Below are positions 27,534-36,687 of a stretch of 64,000 nucleotides of DNA, in pieces; the stretch's first letter is position 1; every line of letters begins with the position of its first letter. The position numbers were made by a program, and so were the translations under genes. The DNA is taken from the IMG/VR virus record IMGVR_UViG_3300020439_000004, positions 44,943-108,942 of that record, one strand, 5' to 3'. The stretch comes from a virus. A model generated the notes under the pieces. It was not told where the DNA came from, made no database searches, and worked only from the letters and a program-made list of their open reading frames with translations.

Positions 27534-28140
27534 TTTCTATTTTGTTTTTTAATTCTTTTATGGCTCTATCATGGATATTTATGCAACCTTGAGCTGAAAG
27601 ATTTACTTTTTCTGCCACTAGTTTCCAAGGTTTTAATTTACATCCTTTGCCGTTAAAATATCTTTCATTAAAGATTGTTTTAAGGCGTTCGTCTTTATGT
27701 TTAAAGATTAAGTTTAAAATTCTTTTAAATGAGTCGTTAAACAGACAACTTTCATCAGGGGTTTTGTGTTTATCTTTTTGGTTGTTCCTTTTTTGTTCTT
27801 CCCTTTCTTCAAAGCTGACTAGTCTTGAATTCTTTTTATTTTTAGTTTTTTGGGTTAAGCACATATACTTGGTTTTATTCGCCAAGTGTGTAGAAAATTT
27901 AGCTTTTTCAGGCTTATATTCTAAAGCAGCTTTATAAATAACATAATCTTTATCTTCCATAATATCATTTATTTGATTGAAAGATAAGCCGTTATAGCCA
28001 AACTTTTTAAGCATGTCCACATAAATACCAGAATGCCTAGAAATTAACTCTTGGAGAGCTAATTCATCGTTTTTTTCTTGTATTAAAACCGCTAAGTCGG
28101 TGTCTGTCAGAGATTTAGTCAATAAACTACTATATTTCAT
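27514..28140 (-). CDS. phage sigma70-family sigma factor (probable late sigma)
   Basis: ALQELISRHSG, AALEYKPEKAKFSTHL (region 2), C-terminal HTH; may start at TTG 28122. Confidence 0.8.
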   Translation of the reverse strand: MKYSSLLTKSLTDTDLAVLIQEKNDELALQELISRHSGIYVDMLKKFGYNGLSFNQINDIMEDKDYVIYKAALEYKPEKAKFSTHLANKTKYMCLTQKTKNKKNSRLVSFEEREEQKRNNQKDKHKTPDESCLFNDSFKRILNLIFKHKDERLKTIFNERYFNGKGCKLKPWKLVAEKVNLSAQGCINIHDRAIKELKNKIENEKIKL

Positions 28141-28156
28141 AAATAAAAAAAATCAA
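28129..28156 (-). promoter_or_regulatory. sigma70-type promoter of the sigma gene
   Basis: Minus strand TTGATT-16-TATAGT with in-frame TTG 6 nt downstream. Confidence 0.55.
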
Positions 28157-28173
28157 CTTTTTTTTGATTTTTG

Positions 28174-28201
28174 TTGACAGGGGTAAAAATTTTCCTATCA
28201 T
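28174..28201 (+). promoter_or_regulatory. sigma70-type promoter firing into the repeat region
   Basis: TTGACA-16-TATCAT. Confidence 0.6.
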
Positions 28202-28332
28202 TACGTAATCCGTAAGGTTACGATATCCTTTACTTACCTTCACTGTAAGGTTACGATATAACTATTACGTCACCCTCTTAACGTAAACCTTACGAAAAAT
28301 ATTTATATTACTTCGTAATATATAAATATTTT
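28200..28332. repeat. iteron-like repeats plus AT-rich palindrome (candidate origin)
   Basis: GTAAGGTTACGATAT twice, 33 nt apart; inverted variant; nine TTACG/CGTAA; 37-nt near-perfect palindrome. Confidence 0.6.
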
Positions 28333-28391
28333 AAGCTTCGCTTTTTTTATAAAAATAATTAATTGACATACTTCTCTCGTCGTATAAGCTC

Positions 28392-28397
28392 GTGTAA
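28392..28397 (+). promoter_or_regulatory. GTGTAA element before RNR
   Basis: 9 nt before ATG. Confidence 0.55.
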
Positions 28398-28406
28398 ATT
28401 TACGCA

Positions 28407-29378
28407 ATGATTTTTGAAGAACAAGTATCCAGAAAGCCAGATCACTACCCATGGGCGCAAGAGTTCATTGAAGCTATGCACAATGGGTTTTGGACTGATA
28501 AAGAGTTTAGTTTCACAAGTGATGTTCAAGATTTTAAAGTAAATCTGAATGAGACTGAAAAAGAGATGGTGATTAGAACACTATCTGCAATAGGTCAAAT
28601 TGAGGTTGCTGTTAAAAAGTTCTGGAGCAAACTTGGAGACAATTTGCCACATCCTAGCTTAACAGACCTTGGCTATGTTATGGCAAACATAGAGGTCATT
28701 CACAACAATGCTTATGAGCGCTTGCTAAAAGTTTTAGGGCTTGAGGACATTTTTGAGCAGAACTTAAAATTAGATTTTATTGAGGGTCGTGTTAAATACT
28801 TAAGAAAGTACAATCACAAATTTTACAAAGATTCAAAGAAACAATATGTTTACTCAATTATTCTTTTCACGCTTTTTGTAGAAAATGTTTCTTTGTTTTC
28901 TCAGTTCTATATTATCAACTGGTTCAATCGTTACCGCAATGTGCTTAAAGACACTGGCCAACAGGTTAAGTACACTAGAAATGAAGAAAATATTCATGCT
29001 TTAGCTGGCATAAAGATTGTAAATACAATCAGAGAAGAGCATCCTGAATTATTTGATGAAGAGTTAGAAGAGAGAATTCTACAAGAAGCTGAAGCCGCCT
29101 TTAAAGCGGAATCAAAAATTGTAGATTGGATGATCAATGGCTTTAATGAAAAAGGTTTGAGCGCTCCAGTTTTAAAAGAGTTCATAAAAAGTAGAATTAA
29201 TGATTCTTTAGAACAAATTAACTTTAAAAAAGCTTTTGAGGTTGACAAGTCTTTGTTAGAAGATACAGTGTGGTTTGAAGAAGAATTATTAGGCAATAAC
29301 GCTACTGATTTTTTCCATACTAGACCTGTGGAATATTCAAAAAATTCTCAAACATTTGACGCTGACGATTTATTCTAA
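28407..29378 (+). CDS. nrdB: ribonucleotide reductase beta subunit (class Id-like)
   Basis: QIEVAVK, EVIHNNAY, ENVSLFSQF, EENIH, DFF. Confidence 0.93.
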   Translation: MIFEEQVSRKPDHYPWAQEFIEAMHNGFWTDKEFSFTSDVQDFKVNLNETEKEMVIRTLSAIGQIEVAVKKFWSKLGDNLPHPSLTDLGYVMANIEVIHNNAYERLLKVLGLEDIFEQNLKLDFIEGRVKYLRKYNHKFYKDSKKQYVYSIILFTLFVENVSLFSQFYIINWFNRYRNVLKDTGQQVKYTRNEENIHALAGIKIVNTIREEHPELFDEELEERILQEAEAAFKAESKIVDWMINGFNEKGLSAPVLKEFIKSRINDSLEQINFKKAFEVDKSLLEDTVWFEEELLGNNATDFFHTRPVEYSKNSQTFDADDLF

Positions 29379-31024
29379 TGAAAGACTACTACTGGTTAAA
29401 CGAAGATTCTATTAAGTTCCTTGAAAGAGGGTATCTCAAAGAAGGAGAAACCCCAGAGAAGAGGATAAGAGATATAGCAGAAGCTGCTGAAAAATACCTT
29501 AAACAAGGTGGATTTGCTGATAAATTTGAGGGGTATATAAAGCAAGGTTTTTATTCTCTTGCTAGCCCAGTTTGGTCAAATTTTGGAAGATCAAGAGGTT
29601 TGCCCATTTCTTGCAATGGTGTTTACATTGAAGACAAAATGCACTCTATTTTAGAGAAGCAAGCTGAAGTTGGCATGCAAACAAAACATGGGTCAGGCAC
29701 TTCTGGTTATTTCGGTTCTCTCAGAGGCAGAGGCGTTCCAATTAGTGTTGGTGGAGTTTCTGCTGGAGCTGTATACTTTATGGAACTATTTGACAAAGTT
29801 GCATCTATTGTATCTCAAGGTCATGTCAGAAGAGGATCTTTTGCGGCATATCTTCCTGTTGATCATCCAGACATAGAAGAGTTTCTTAGAATTAGAAGTG
29901 AAGGTAATCCAATACAAGAAATGTCTTTTGCGGTTTGTATAAATGACGAGTGGATGCAATCCATGGTTGATGGAGATAAAGATAAAAGAAAAGTTTGGGC
30001 TAACATTATAAAGAAAAGATTTGAAACTGGATATCCTTATATTTTCTTTACAGATAATGCGAACAATCAAGCTCCAGAATGTTATAAAGATAAAGACTTA
30101 AAAATTCATGCATCAAATTTATGCAGTGAGATAGCATTGCATTCTTCTGAAGATGAATCTTTTGTTTGTTGTCTATCTTCTCTTAACTTGTTGAGATGGG
30201 ATGAAATAAAAGAAACTGATGCAGTGGAAACATTAGTTAAATTTTTGGATGCCGTTATGGAGGAGTATATCTATAAAACAGAAAATATTCCCTTTATGAA
30301 ATCTTGTCATAACTTTGCTAAAAGACAAAGAGCTTTAGGTATGGGTGTGCTTGGATGGCATTCTTTGTTGCAATCAAAAATGATTTCCTTCGAAAGCATG
30401 GAGGCTAAGTTTCTAAATCTTGAGATACATAACATAATAAAAGAAAGAGCTGACAGAGCAACTCATGAATTAGCTGAAGAATTTGGAGAGCCAGAATACC
30501 TTAAAGGTTACGGCAGAAGAAATGTAACTACCATGGCAATAGCTCCAACAACTTCTAGCTCATTTATACTTGGTCAAGTTTCTCCATCAATAGAGCCTCT
30601 TAATAGTAATTATTTCACCAAAGATTTAGCTAAAGGTAAGTTTACTTTTAAAAATCAATTCTTAGAGCAACTCTTAGAAGAAAAAGGGAAAAATAATCAG
30701 ACTACTTGGAAATCTATTTTAGTTAAAGGTGGTTCTGTACAACACTTAGATTTTCTATCTGATGAAGAAAAAGCTGTATTTAAAACTTTTGGAGAAATTT
30801 CTCAAAAAGAAATAGTAATTCAAGCCGCACAAAGGCAAAGATATATTGACCAAGGGCAAAGTTTGAATGTTATGATTTCTCCGAAATGCCCGCCAAAGCA
30901 AGTCAGCGAGCTATTAATTTACGGTTGGGAGCAAGGCGTTAAGAGTTTTTACTATCAAAGAAGTGCTAATCCTAGCCAAGAATTAGCTAGATCTATACTT
31001 GATTGTAGTTCCTGCGAAGGATAA
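29378..31024 (+). CDS. nrdA: ribonucleotide reductase alpha subunit, no ATP cone
   Basis: GLPISC, SNLCSEI, AIAPTTSSS, IDQGQSLN, C-terminal CSSCEG. Confidence 0.95.
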   Translation: MKDYYWLNEDSIKFLERGYLKEGETPEKRIRDIAEAAEKYLKQGGFADKFEGYIKQGFYSLASPVWSNFGRSRGLPISCNGVYIEDKMHSILEKQAEVGMQTKHGSGTSGYFGSLRGRGVPISVGGVSAGAVYFMELFDKVASIVSQGHVRRGSFAAYLPVDHPDIEEFLRIRSEGNPIQEMSFAVCINDEWMQSMVDGDKDKRKVWANIIKKRFETGYPYIFFTDNANNQAPECYKDKDLKIHASNLCSEIALHSSEDESFVCCLSSLNLLRWDEIKETDAVETLVKFLDAVMEEYIYKTENIPFMKSCHNFAKRQRALGMGVLGWHSLLQSKMISFESMEAKFLNLEIHNIIKERADRATHELAEEFGEPEYLKGYGRRNVTTMAIAPTTSSSFILGQVSPSIEPLNSNYFTKDLAKGKFTFKNQFLEQLLEEKGKNNQTTWKSILVKGGSVQHLDFLSDEEKAVFKTFGEISQKEIVIQAAQRQRYIDQGQSLNVMISPKCPPKQVSELLIYGWEQGVKSFYYQRSANPSQELARSILDCSSCEG

Positions 31025-31061
31025 TTTCCCTTTCTAAAAGTGTAGTGTATATACAGTCACT

Positions 31062-31181
31062 ATGGCTGAATTATACACAATACTAACAGAGGAGCAGGAT
31101 ACGCAAGATCCTGACTTTACGTCAGATGATACCTTAGCTTTTATTTTAGGTAAAATAGACGAAGAAATCTCTGAAGATTAG
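31062..31181 (+). CDS. small acidic protein, 39 aa (not in track)
   Basis: MAELYTILTEEQDTQDPDFTSDDTLAFILGKIDEEISED*, preceded by GTGTAGTGTAT. Confidence 0.55.
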   Translation: MAELYTILTEEQDTQDPDFTSDDTLAFILGKIDEEISED

Positions 31182-31209
31182 TTGAAAAAAACAAAATTAA
31201 TCTTAAAAT
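31182..31209 (+). promoter_or_regulatory. sigma70-type promoter of the GT2-GT9-FkbM-gmd operon
   Basis: TTGAAA-16-TAAAAT. Confidence 0.55.
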
Positions 31210-31216
31210 AGAGAAG

Positions 31217-31288
31217 TCAGGGATTAAGCTCCTTGAGGTCATAGTATGCCTCTGGGTCAAATAATTTTTGGCTCAGAGGTTTATGATT
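31217..31288 (+). promoter_or_regulatory. structured 5' leader, two hairpins, start codon paired
   Basis: TCAGGGA/TCCTTGA; GCCTCTGGGTCAAA/TTTGGCTCAGAGGT extended by GGTCATAG/TTATGATT. Confidence 0.55.
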
Positions 31289-31894
31289 ACTTTTGCTATA
31301 ACTGTCGCAGATGAACTTTTTGAATTTAAAAGGCTTATAAATTCTTTACAGCCTTACGTTTATCCACAAGAAGAGATTGTTGTACTTGCAGATAAAAATA
31401 AAGTTACAAAAGAAATAGAGGAACATTGTGATTTATGTGGATTAAAAATTAATTTTTTTAATTTTCAAAATGACTTTTCTGAGTTTAAGAACGAGCTTTT
31501 TAATCTATCTACAAAGGATTATCTATTCCAAATTGATGCTGACGAACAAATACCCCCATCTCTTATACATATATTAAGACAAGTAGCCTCTCAAAAGAAA
31601 GTTGATTTGCTTTGGATTCCTAGAATTAATATAGTTCAAGGCGCTACTGAAGAAGATATAAAAAATTTCAACTGGAACATAAATGAGCTGGGATGGGAGG
31701 GCTTTCCAGATTTTCAATCTAGGTTTGTTTCAACTAAAGGTGATATCAGATGGAAGAATAAAGTACATGAAATTTTAACTGGCGCTAAAAATCAAGCTAG
31801 GATAGAAGAAAAACCAATAGAACTTTATTCTATTCTTCATGTGAAGCATATAGATAAACAAAAGAAACAAAATAATTATTATGACACAATCTAA
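31283..31894 (+). CDS. GT2-family glycosyltransferase
   Basis: DFSEFKN, FQIDADE, VHE motifs. Confidence 0.85.
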   Translation: MITFAITVADELFEFKRLINSLQPYVYPQEEIVVLADKNKVTKEIEEHCDLCGLKINFFNFQNDFSEFKNELFNLSTKDYLFQIDADEQIPPSLIHILRQVASQKKVDLLWIPRINIVQGATEEDIKNFNWNINELGWEGFPDFQSRFVSTKGDIRWKNKVHEILTGAKNQARIEEKPIELYSILHVKHIDKQKKQNNYYDTI

Positions 31895-32699
31895 GATTTT
31901 AGTAAGGGCGGAAGGAGGATTAGGTGATTGTTTATTAGCAAATAGGTTTATACCTGCCATAAGAGAGAAGCATCCAAACTCTGAAGTCACCTTTGCGTTA
32001 GATAACGATAGAGGTGAAACATTTCAGTTAGATGTTCTTTACCATTTCTACAAAAGAATGAGTGATACTTACTCTTTTTTTGCTGATCATAATCCTGATG
32101 ACTTTGATTATTTTTATGATCTACATATAGATAAAATGCTTTGGACTACTTATGACTTTGATTGGTTAAGTAGATTTTATTATTTTCCAAAACCAAAAGT
32201 AAAAATAGAAAAGCAAGATTATGTTTGTTTGCATTTAACTCATAATAAATGGCCTCCTAAAAATTTGCCTAAATATTATTTAGATCAAGTAGTCAAATCA
32301 ATTAAACAGGTGGCCCCTTCGGTAAAAGCTATATGCACTGAATCTGAAATAGGTTCTTACTGCAATATTCTTACTGAGGATGAGATAGTTTGTGGAGATA
32401 TAGTTACGGCTTGTGAAACTGTTGCTGGCGCAAAGGCATTTGTAACAATAGACTCAGGATTTAAATATATAGCTTATGCGTATGGTGTCCCAACAATAGA
32501 AACAGCAGACTACTATACAGATGTAGGGCAAATTCACCCAATGATAAAAGCTAGGTGGTTGCCATTTAATGAAAGAGGATTGCCTTTATTATGTAATGTT
32601 GATTTTTTTAAAGTGGCTCTATATAATATCTTCAATAATAAAATTTCTACAATTTTTCCATTCTTTAGCAAAAACGAAAATATTTTTAAACTATCATGA
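31881..32699 (+). CDS. GT9-like glycosyltransferase
   Basis: GGLGDCLL..IREKHP; FVTIDSGFKYIAYAYGVP. Confidence 0.75.
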   Translation: MTQSKILVRAEGGLGDCLLANRFIPAIREKHPNSEVTFALDNDRGETFQLDVLYHFYKRMSDTYSFFADHNPDDFDYFYDLHIDKMLWTTYDFDWLSRFYYFPKPKVKIEKQDYVCLHLTHNKWPPKNLPKYYLDQVVKSIKQVAPSVKAICTESEIGSYCNILTEDEIVCGDIVTACETVAGAKAFVTIDSGFKYIAYAYGVPTIETADYYTDVGQIHPMIKARWLPFNERGLPLLCNVDFFKVALYNIFNNKISTIFPFFSKNENIFKLS

Positions 32700-33382
32700 C
32701 AGAGTCACAAAACTTAAAACTCCAGCAAATTGAAATGAATATAGGAGGAGTCGGAATTAGCTGCTTTGACTTTCCAACAAGTATGACTCCCTATGGAACA
32801 AAAGAAGTGATATTGGGAAATAAATTTAAATTTGATGAAGTGGATATAGGAGAAGGTGACAATTATGTTGAAGTAGGCGCTCATAATGGACTGTTGGCTT
32901 TTTATGTAGCTAGAATTTTTCCTAAAGCGAATATACATATTTTTGAGTGTAACCCTGTTATGGTTACAGCAATCAACTATGGTATTGCAGTAAACGGGTT
33001 TAGTAATATCAGATGTTATCCATTTGGTTTAAGCAACTATAATGGAAATTGTGATTTTGGTGTCAACTTGGAGAATACAGGAGGGTCAAGTATGCTTATA
33101 CATGATGGGCATCATGTAAAAAATCAGAAAGTTAAAGTTTTAGATTTTGAAACCGTGCTATCAACTTTTGATAATATTAAATATTTAAAAATAGACATTG
33201 AAGGAGAGGAATTTAAAATATTTAGTAGTTTAATTTCTAAAGATTCTAAATTTTTTGATAGAGTTTCTACATTAAATTTAGAATTACATGATGAGATATA
33301 TCCAGATCTAAATTTAGACAGAAAAGGTATAAAAGAATATCTATCAACATATGATGATTTAAATATTATATATCAAGATTGA
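32696..33382 (+). CDS. FkbM-family methyltransferase
   Basis: EVGAHNG, FECNP, LKIDIEGEE. Confidence 0.88.
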   Translation: MTESQNLKLQQIEMNIGGVGISCFDFPTSMTPYGTKEVILGNKFKFDEVDIGEGDNYVEVGAHNGLLAFYVARIFPKANIHIFECNPVMVTAINYGIAVNGFSNIRCYPFGLSNYNGNCDFGVNLENTGGSSMLIHDGHHVKNQKVKVLDFETVLSTFDNIKYLKIDIEGEEFKIFSSLISKDSKFFDRVSTLNLELHDEIYPDLNLDRKGIKEYLSTYDDLNIIYQD

Positions 33383-34449
33383 TGAAAAAAGTAATAGTTA
33401 CAGGTGTTACAGGCCAAGATGGTAGTAATATGGTTGATTATCTCTTGAGAGAGACTGATCACATTATAATTGGCGGAGTAAGAAGACTTAGTGTTAAAAA
33501 TCATCAGAATATTGAACACTTAGAAAATGAAGATAGATTTTTCTTAATTGACTTAGATGTAACTGATGCTCAAAACACTGATGAGGTAATAGCTGAACAT
33601 AAGCCAGATTATTTTATTAATTTTGCCGCTAATTCTTTTGTTGGAACAAGTTGGAAAATGCCAACTCAACACATGGAGACAAATGCTTTAGCTGTACTAC
33701 ATCAACTTGAAGCTATAAAAAGACATTGCCCTGATTGTAGATATTATAATGCAGGATCTTCTGAAGAGTTTGGAGATGTAATCTGCACACCTCAAAGTGA
33801 ACTGCATCCATTAAGACCTCGTAGTCCATATGGAGCTTCTAAATGTTCAGCTAGACATTTAGTAAAAGTTTACAGAGACTCTTATGACCTATACGCTGTT
33901 CAAGGTTGGCTTTTCAATCACGAAGGAACAAGGAGGGGTGAAGAATTTGTGACTCGAAAAATAACTAAAAATGTCGCTCGCATTTCTTTTGAGTACTCTA
34001 AAGAAAAAACCTTTAAACCTTTAGTTCTTGGAAATGTTGATTCAAAGCGAGATTGGAGTGATTCTGAAGATTTTATGGATGGTATATGGAGAATGTTAAA
34101 TCAAGATGATTTTGATTCTTATATAGACAACAATTATAAACCAAAGGAATATGTGCTTTCTTCTGATGAAACTCACACAATAAGAGAGTTCGTTGAAGAG
34201 GCTTTTCATATAGCTGGCTTTCATAGATCCATGTGTCGCTGGGAAGGCAAAGGAGTGCATGAAAAATATTATCATGGAGATGATCTACTAGTAGAAATTA
34301 GTGATAAATTTTACAGACCTGCTGAAGTTGACTTGCTTTATGGTGATTCTTCTAGAGCGAGAAAAGATTTAGAATGGCAGCCTAAAACAGATTTTACAGG
34401 TTTAGTGACTAAAATGGTAAAATATGATTTAGAGCTTGCAAAATCTTAA
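33379..34449 (+). CDS. gmd: GDP-mannose 4,6-dehydratase
   Basis: GVTGQDG, SSEEFG, SPYGASK, FNHE, FVTRKIT, RPAEVDLL. Confidence 0.93.
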   Translation: MMKKVIVTGVTGQDGSNMVDYLLRETDHIIIGGVRRLSVKNHQNIEHLENEDRFFLIDLDVTDAQNTDEVIAEHKPDYFINFAANSFVGTSWKMPTQHMETNALAVLHQLEAIKRHCPDCRYYNAGSSEEFGDVICTPQSELHPLRPRSPYGASKCSARHLVKVYRDSYDLYAVQGWLFNHEGTRRGEEFVTRKITKNVARISFEYSKEKTFKPLVLGNVDSKRDWSDSEDFMDGIWRMLNQDDFDSYIDNNYKPKEYVLSSDETHTIREFVEEAFHIAGFHRSMCRWEGKGVHEKYYHGDDLLVEISDKFYRPAEVDLLYGDSSRARKDLEWQPKTDFTGLVTKMVKYDLELAKS

Positions 34450-34464
34450 AATCTATTCTAACCT
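34436..34464 (+). promoter_or_regulatory. sigma70-type promoter of the replication operon, leaderless
   Basis: TTGCAA-17-TAACCT with ATG 5 nt downstream. Confidence 0.45.
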
Positions 34465-34469
34465 CTGGC

Positions 34470-34931
34470 ATGCCTAGAGGTTATAAACTTTGTTCAAAAT
34501 GTGGTGATAATATCCCTTCATTTTCAAAAAAATGTAAATGTGGAGAGGTTTTTTCTACCAAAAAGAGGGTAAAAAAACCTGCAAATGAAGGTCATAAAAG
34601 GTTGGTAGATTTTATCTCTAGAAATCTTCCAAATAAGTTATCTTCAAAAGAAATGTCTAGAGAAATTCACGTAGCAAAAATTATGCTAAAAACTTGCTAT
34701 GATGATTATGATTTCTTAGCTAAGTATAAAATACCTAGTTGGGTTAAAAAAAGAAATACTTTGCTTTGGTTTAAAACTAAAGATGGCAAAAAGTATTTAA
34801 ATTCTAAATATAATGAATATTTATTTCAACCTGAAGTAAAAGAAGATATTTTTGTTGACGAGGGGGAAATTAAGGGTGAGAATGTAGAATATAAGAAGAA
34901 AAAGAGTTTAAGAGAATTTTTAGATGAGTAA
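34470..34931 (+). CDS. basic protein with N-terminal Zn ribbon
   Basis: CSKC..CKC. Confidence 0.65.
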   Translation: MPRGYKLCSKCGDNIPSFSKKCKCGEVFSTKKRVKKPANEGHKRLVDFISRNLPNKLSSKEMSREIHVAKIMLKTCYDDYDFLAKYKIPSWVKKRNTLLWFKTKDGKKYLNSKYNEYLFQPEVKEDIFVDEGEIKGENVEYKKKKSLREFLDE

Positions 34932-36051
34932 GAAAAAAGATAAAGGTAAAAGTGCTAGTGATTTTTCTAGCGAGTATTTTAAGTCAAACAAAGACGATCA
35001 TTATAATTTTGCGAAAGCCGCAGAAGAGTATTTAGTTTCGAGTGGATCTATGTATATGGATCACGTTCTTGGTGGTGGATTTGGTGCAGGTCTACATAGA
35101 TTTACAGGAGCAAACGAAGGTGGTAAAACTAACGCCGCATTACATGTAATGTTTAACATGTTAAAAAGCGTAAATAAAGCTAAAGGTCTTTTTATAAAAG
35201 CAGAAGGTAGATTAAGTAAAGAAATAAAAGAGAGGTCTGGTCTTAAATTCGTCTATGATCCAGCAAAATGGGTGAGCGGAACATGTTTAGTTTTTGAATG
35301 TAATGTTTTTGATACTGTAATAGATTATCTAAGAGGTCTTCTTCAGAATAATAGTGAAGATGAAAGGTTTTGCATAATCATAGATAGTATGGATGGAATG
35401 ATAGCCAAAGATGACTTAGATAAAAGTACTCATGAAGCTAGAAAAGTCGCAGCAGGAGCTTTAATTACGTCAGACTTTTTAAAAAGAGTCAGCCTTGGAA
35501 TGTCAAAGTTTGGACATATGTGTATTATGATATCTCAAGTGAGATCAGCTATCAAAGCTAGTCAATATACAAAAAGCGATCCCAATAATCAAACTAACAG
35601 TAGTGGTGGTAATGCTATTCTACATTATCCAGATTGGATTTTAGAATTTAAAAAAAGAAAACAAGCTGATCTTTTCTTACAAGACTCAGGAGCAACATTA
35701 AGTCTTACAAATAAACCAATAGGTCATATAGCAACAGTTCAAATACTAAAATCTACAAATGAAACTACAGGTCAAACAGTTCAATATCCTATAAAGTACG
35801 GGAGAACAAACGGGCGGTCTATATGGGTAGAAAAAGAAGTTATAGATATGCTTCTCATGTGGTCTTATTTGCAAAAGAGAAGCTCTTGGATTACAGTTGA
35901 TTCAACGCTGCTTGAACACTGCAAATCTAATAAACTAGATATGCCTGAAAAATTCCAAGGTACAAATAAAATTTTAGAGAGCCTTGAGGAGAATCCTCAA
36001 ATTAAAGATATCTTAAAAGATTTTGTACAGAAAGAAATAATGGCCCAATGA
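34924..36051 (+). CDS. recA: RecA/UvsX-like recombinase
   Basis: Walker A GANEGGKT, AEGR, IIIDS, ISQVR, SGGNA. Confidence 0.85.
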   Translation: MSKKKDKGKSASDFSSEYFKSNKDDHYNFAKAAEEYLVSSGSMYMDHVLGGGFGAGLHRFTGANEGGKTNAALHVMFNMLKSVNKAKGLFIKAEGRLSKEIKERSGLKFVYDPAKWVSGTCLVFECNVFDTVIDYLRGLLQNNSEDERFCIIIDSMDGMIAKDDLDKSTHEARKVAAGALITSDFLKRVSLGMSKFGHMCIMISQVRSAIKASQYTKSDPNNQTNSSGGNAILHYPDWILEFKKRKQADLFLQDSGATLSLTNKPIGHIATVQILKSTNETTGQTVQYPIKYGRTNGRSIWVEKEVIDMLLMWSYLQKRSSWITVDSTLLEHCKSNKLDMPEKFQGTNKILESLEENPQIKDILKDFVQKEIMAQ

Positions 36052-36461
36052 TTTTCCTTTGCACAAATGGCAGAAAGAAAAAAATAGCAAACTCAGTAAA
36101 ATATCTAATAGACTGGGATGCTGACTGTAAAAGCGGTATTCAAAAAACAGTAAAAAATGTTTTATACGATAATTGGTTTGCTGATGTAGTCTTTGAAGAA
36201 TTTCCAGTTGCAGGTACTAGGTTGACTTTTGATTTTTTTAATGCTACAAGAAATATAGCAGTTGAAGTTGATGGAAATCAGCATTATAAGTATAACAAAT
36301 TTTTTCACTCTAATTCTAGACAAAACTTTTTGTCCCAACTCCAAAGAGATGAAAAAAAAGAATACTTTTGTGAAATTAATAACATAGAACTTATTAGGAT
36401 TTTAGAGTCTGAAATAGTTGAAGGCAAATTCCCTGATAAAATTTTTTTAAATAGTATATAA
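36048..36461 (+). CDS. Vsr/DUF559-like endonuclease
   Basis: DFF..AVEVDGNQHY..RDEKK..C..NNIELIRI. Confidence 0.75.
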   Translation: MIFLCTNGRKKKIANSVKYLIDWDADCKSGIQKTVKNVLYDNWFADVVFEEFPVAGTRLTFDFFNATRNIAVEVDGNQHYKYNKFFHSNSRQNFLSQLQRDEKKEYFCEINNIELIRILESEIVEGKFPDKIFLNSI

Positions 36462-36462
36462 T

Positions 36463-36687
36463 ATGTCTCTTGTTGAAGAAGAAAGCGCGTTACCACAATC
36501 TCTACTACAAAAACTTTATGATTCAACAGGGTCATCTACAGGAGGTAATAAAGGCTTTTTGCTTGTTTATGTAAACTCTGAAGGTGAACCTGTTATAAGC
36601 GGTAAAACAGAAAATTCTTGTGTAGAAATGGCTTTGACAAAGCTGTTAGAATTAAGCCTTAAAAATGATGAAAGTTTAAGTAGATGA
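36463..36687 (+). CDS. hypothetical protein
   Basis: 74-aa ORF tiling the operon. Confidence 0.65.
   Translation: MSLVEEESALPQSLLQKLYDSTGSSTGGNKGFLLVYVNSEGEPVISGKTENSCVEMALTKLLELSLKNDESLSR

Noticed and set aside
28200-28300. Mini CRISPR array
   Set aside because: Only two 15-nt direct copies with an 18-nt gap, too short, and no cas operon
28363-28388. TTGACA..TATAAG promoter for nrdB
   Set aside because: The spacer is only 14 nt, so it was not called, although an early RNR promoter is plausible
31211-31293. tRNA gene
   Set aside because: No cloverleaf, T-loop GTTC or CCA; no tRNA recognised anywhere in the window
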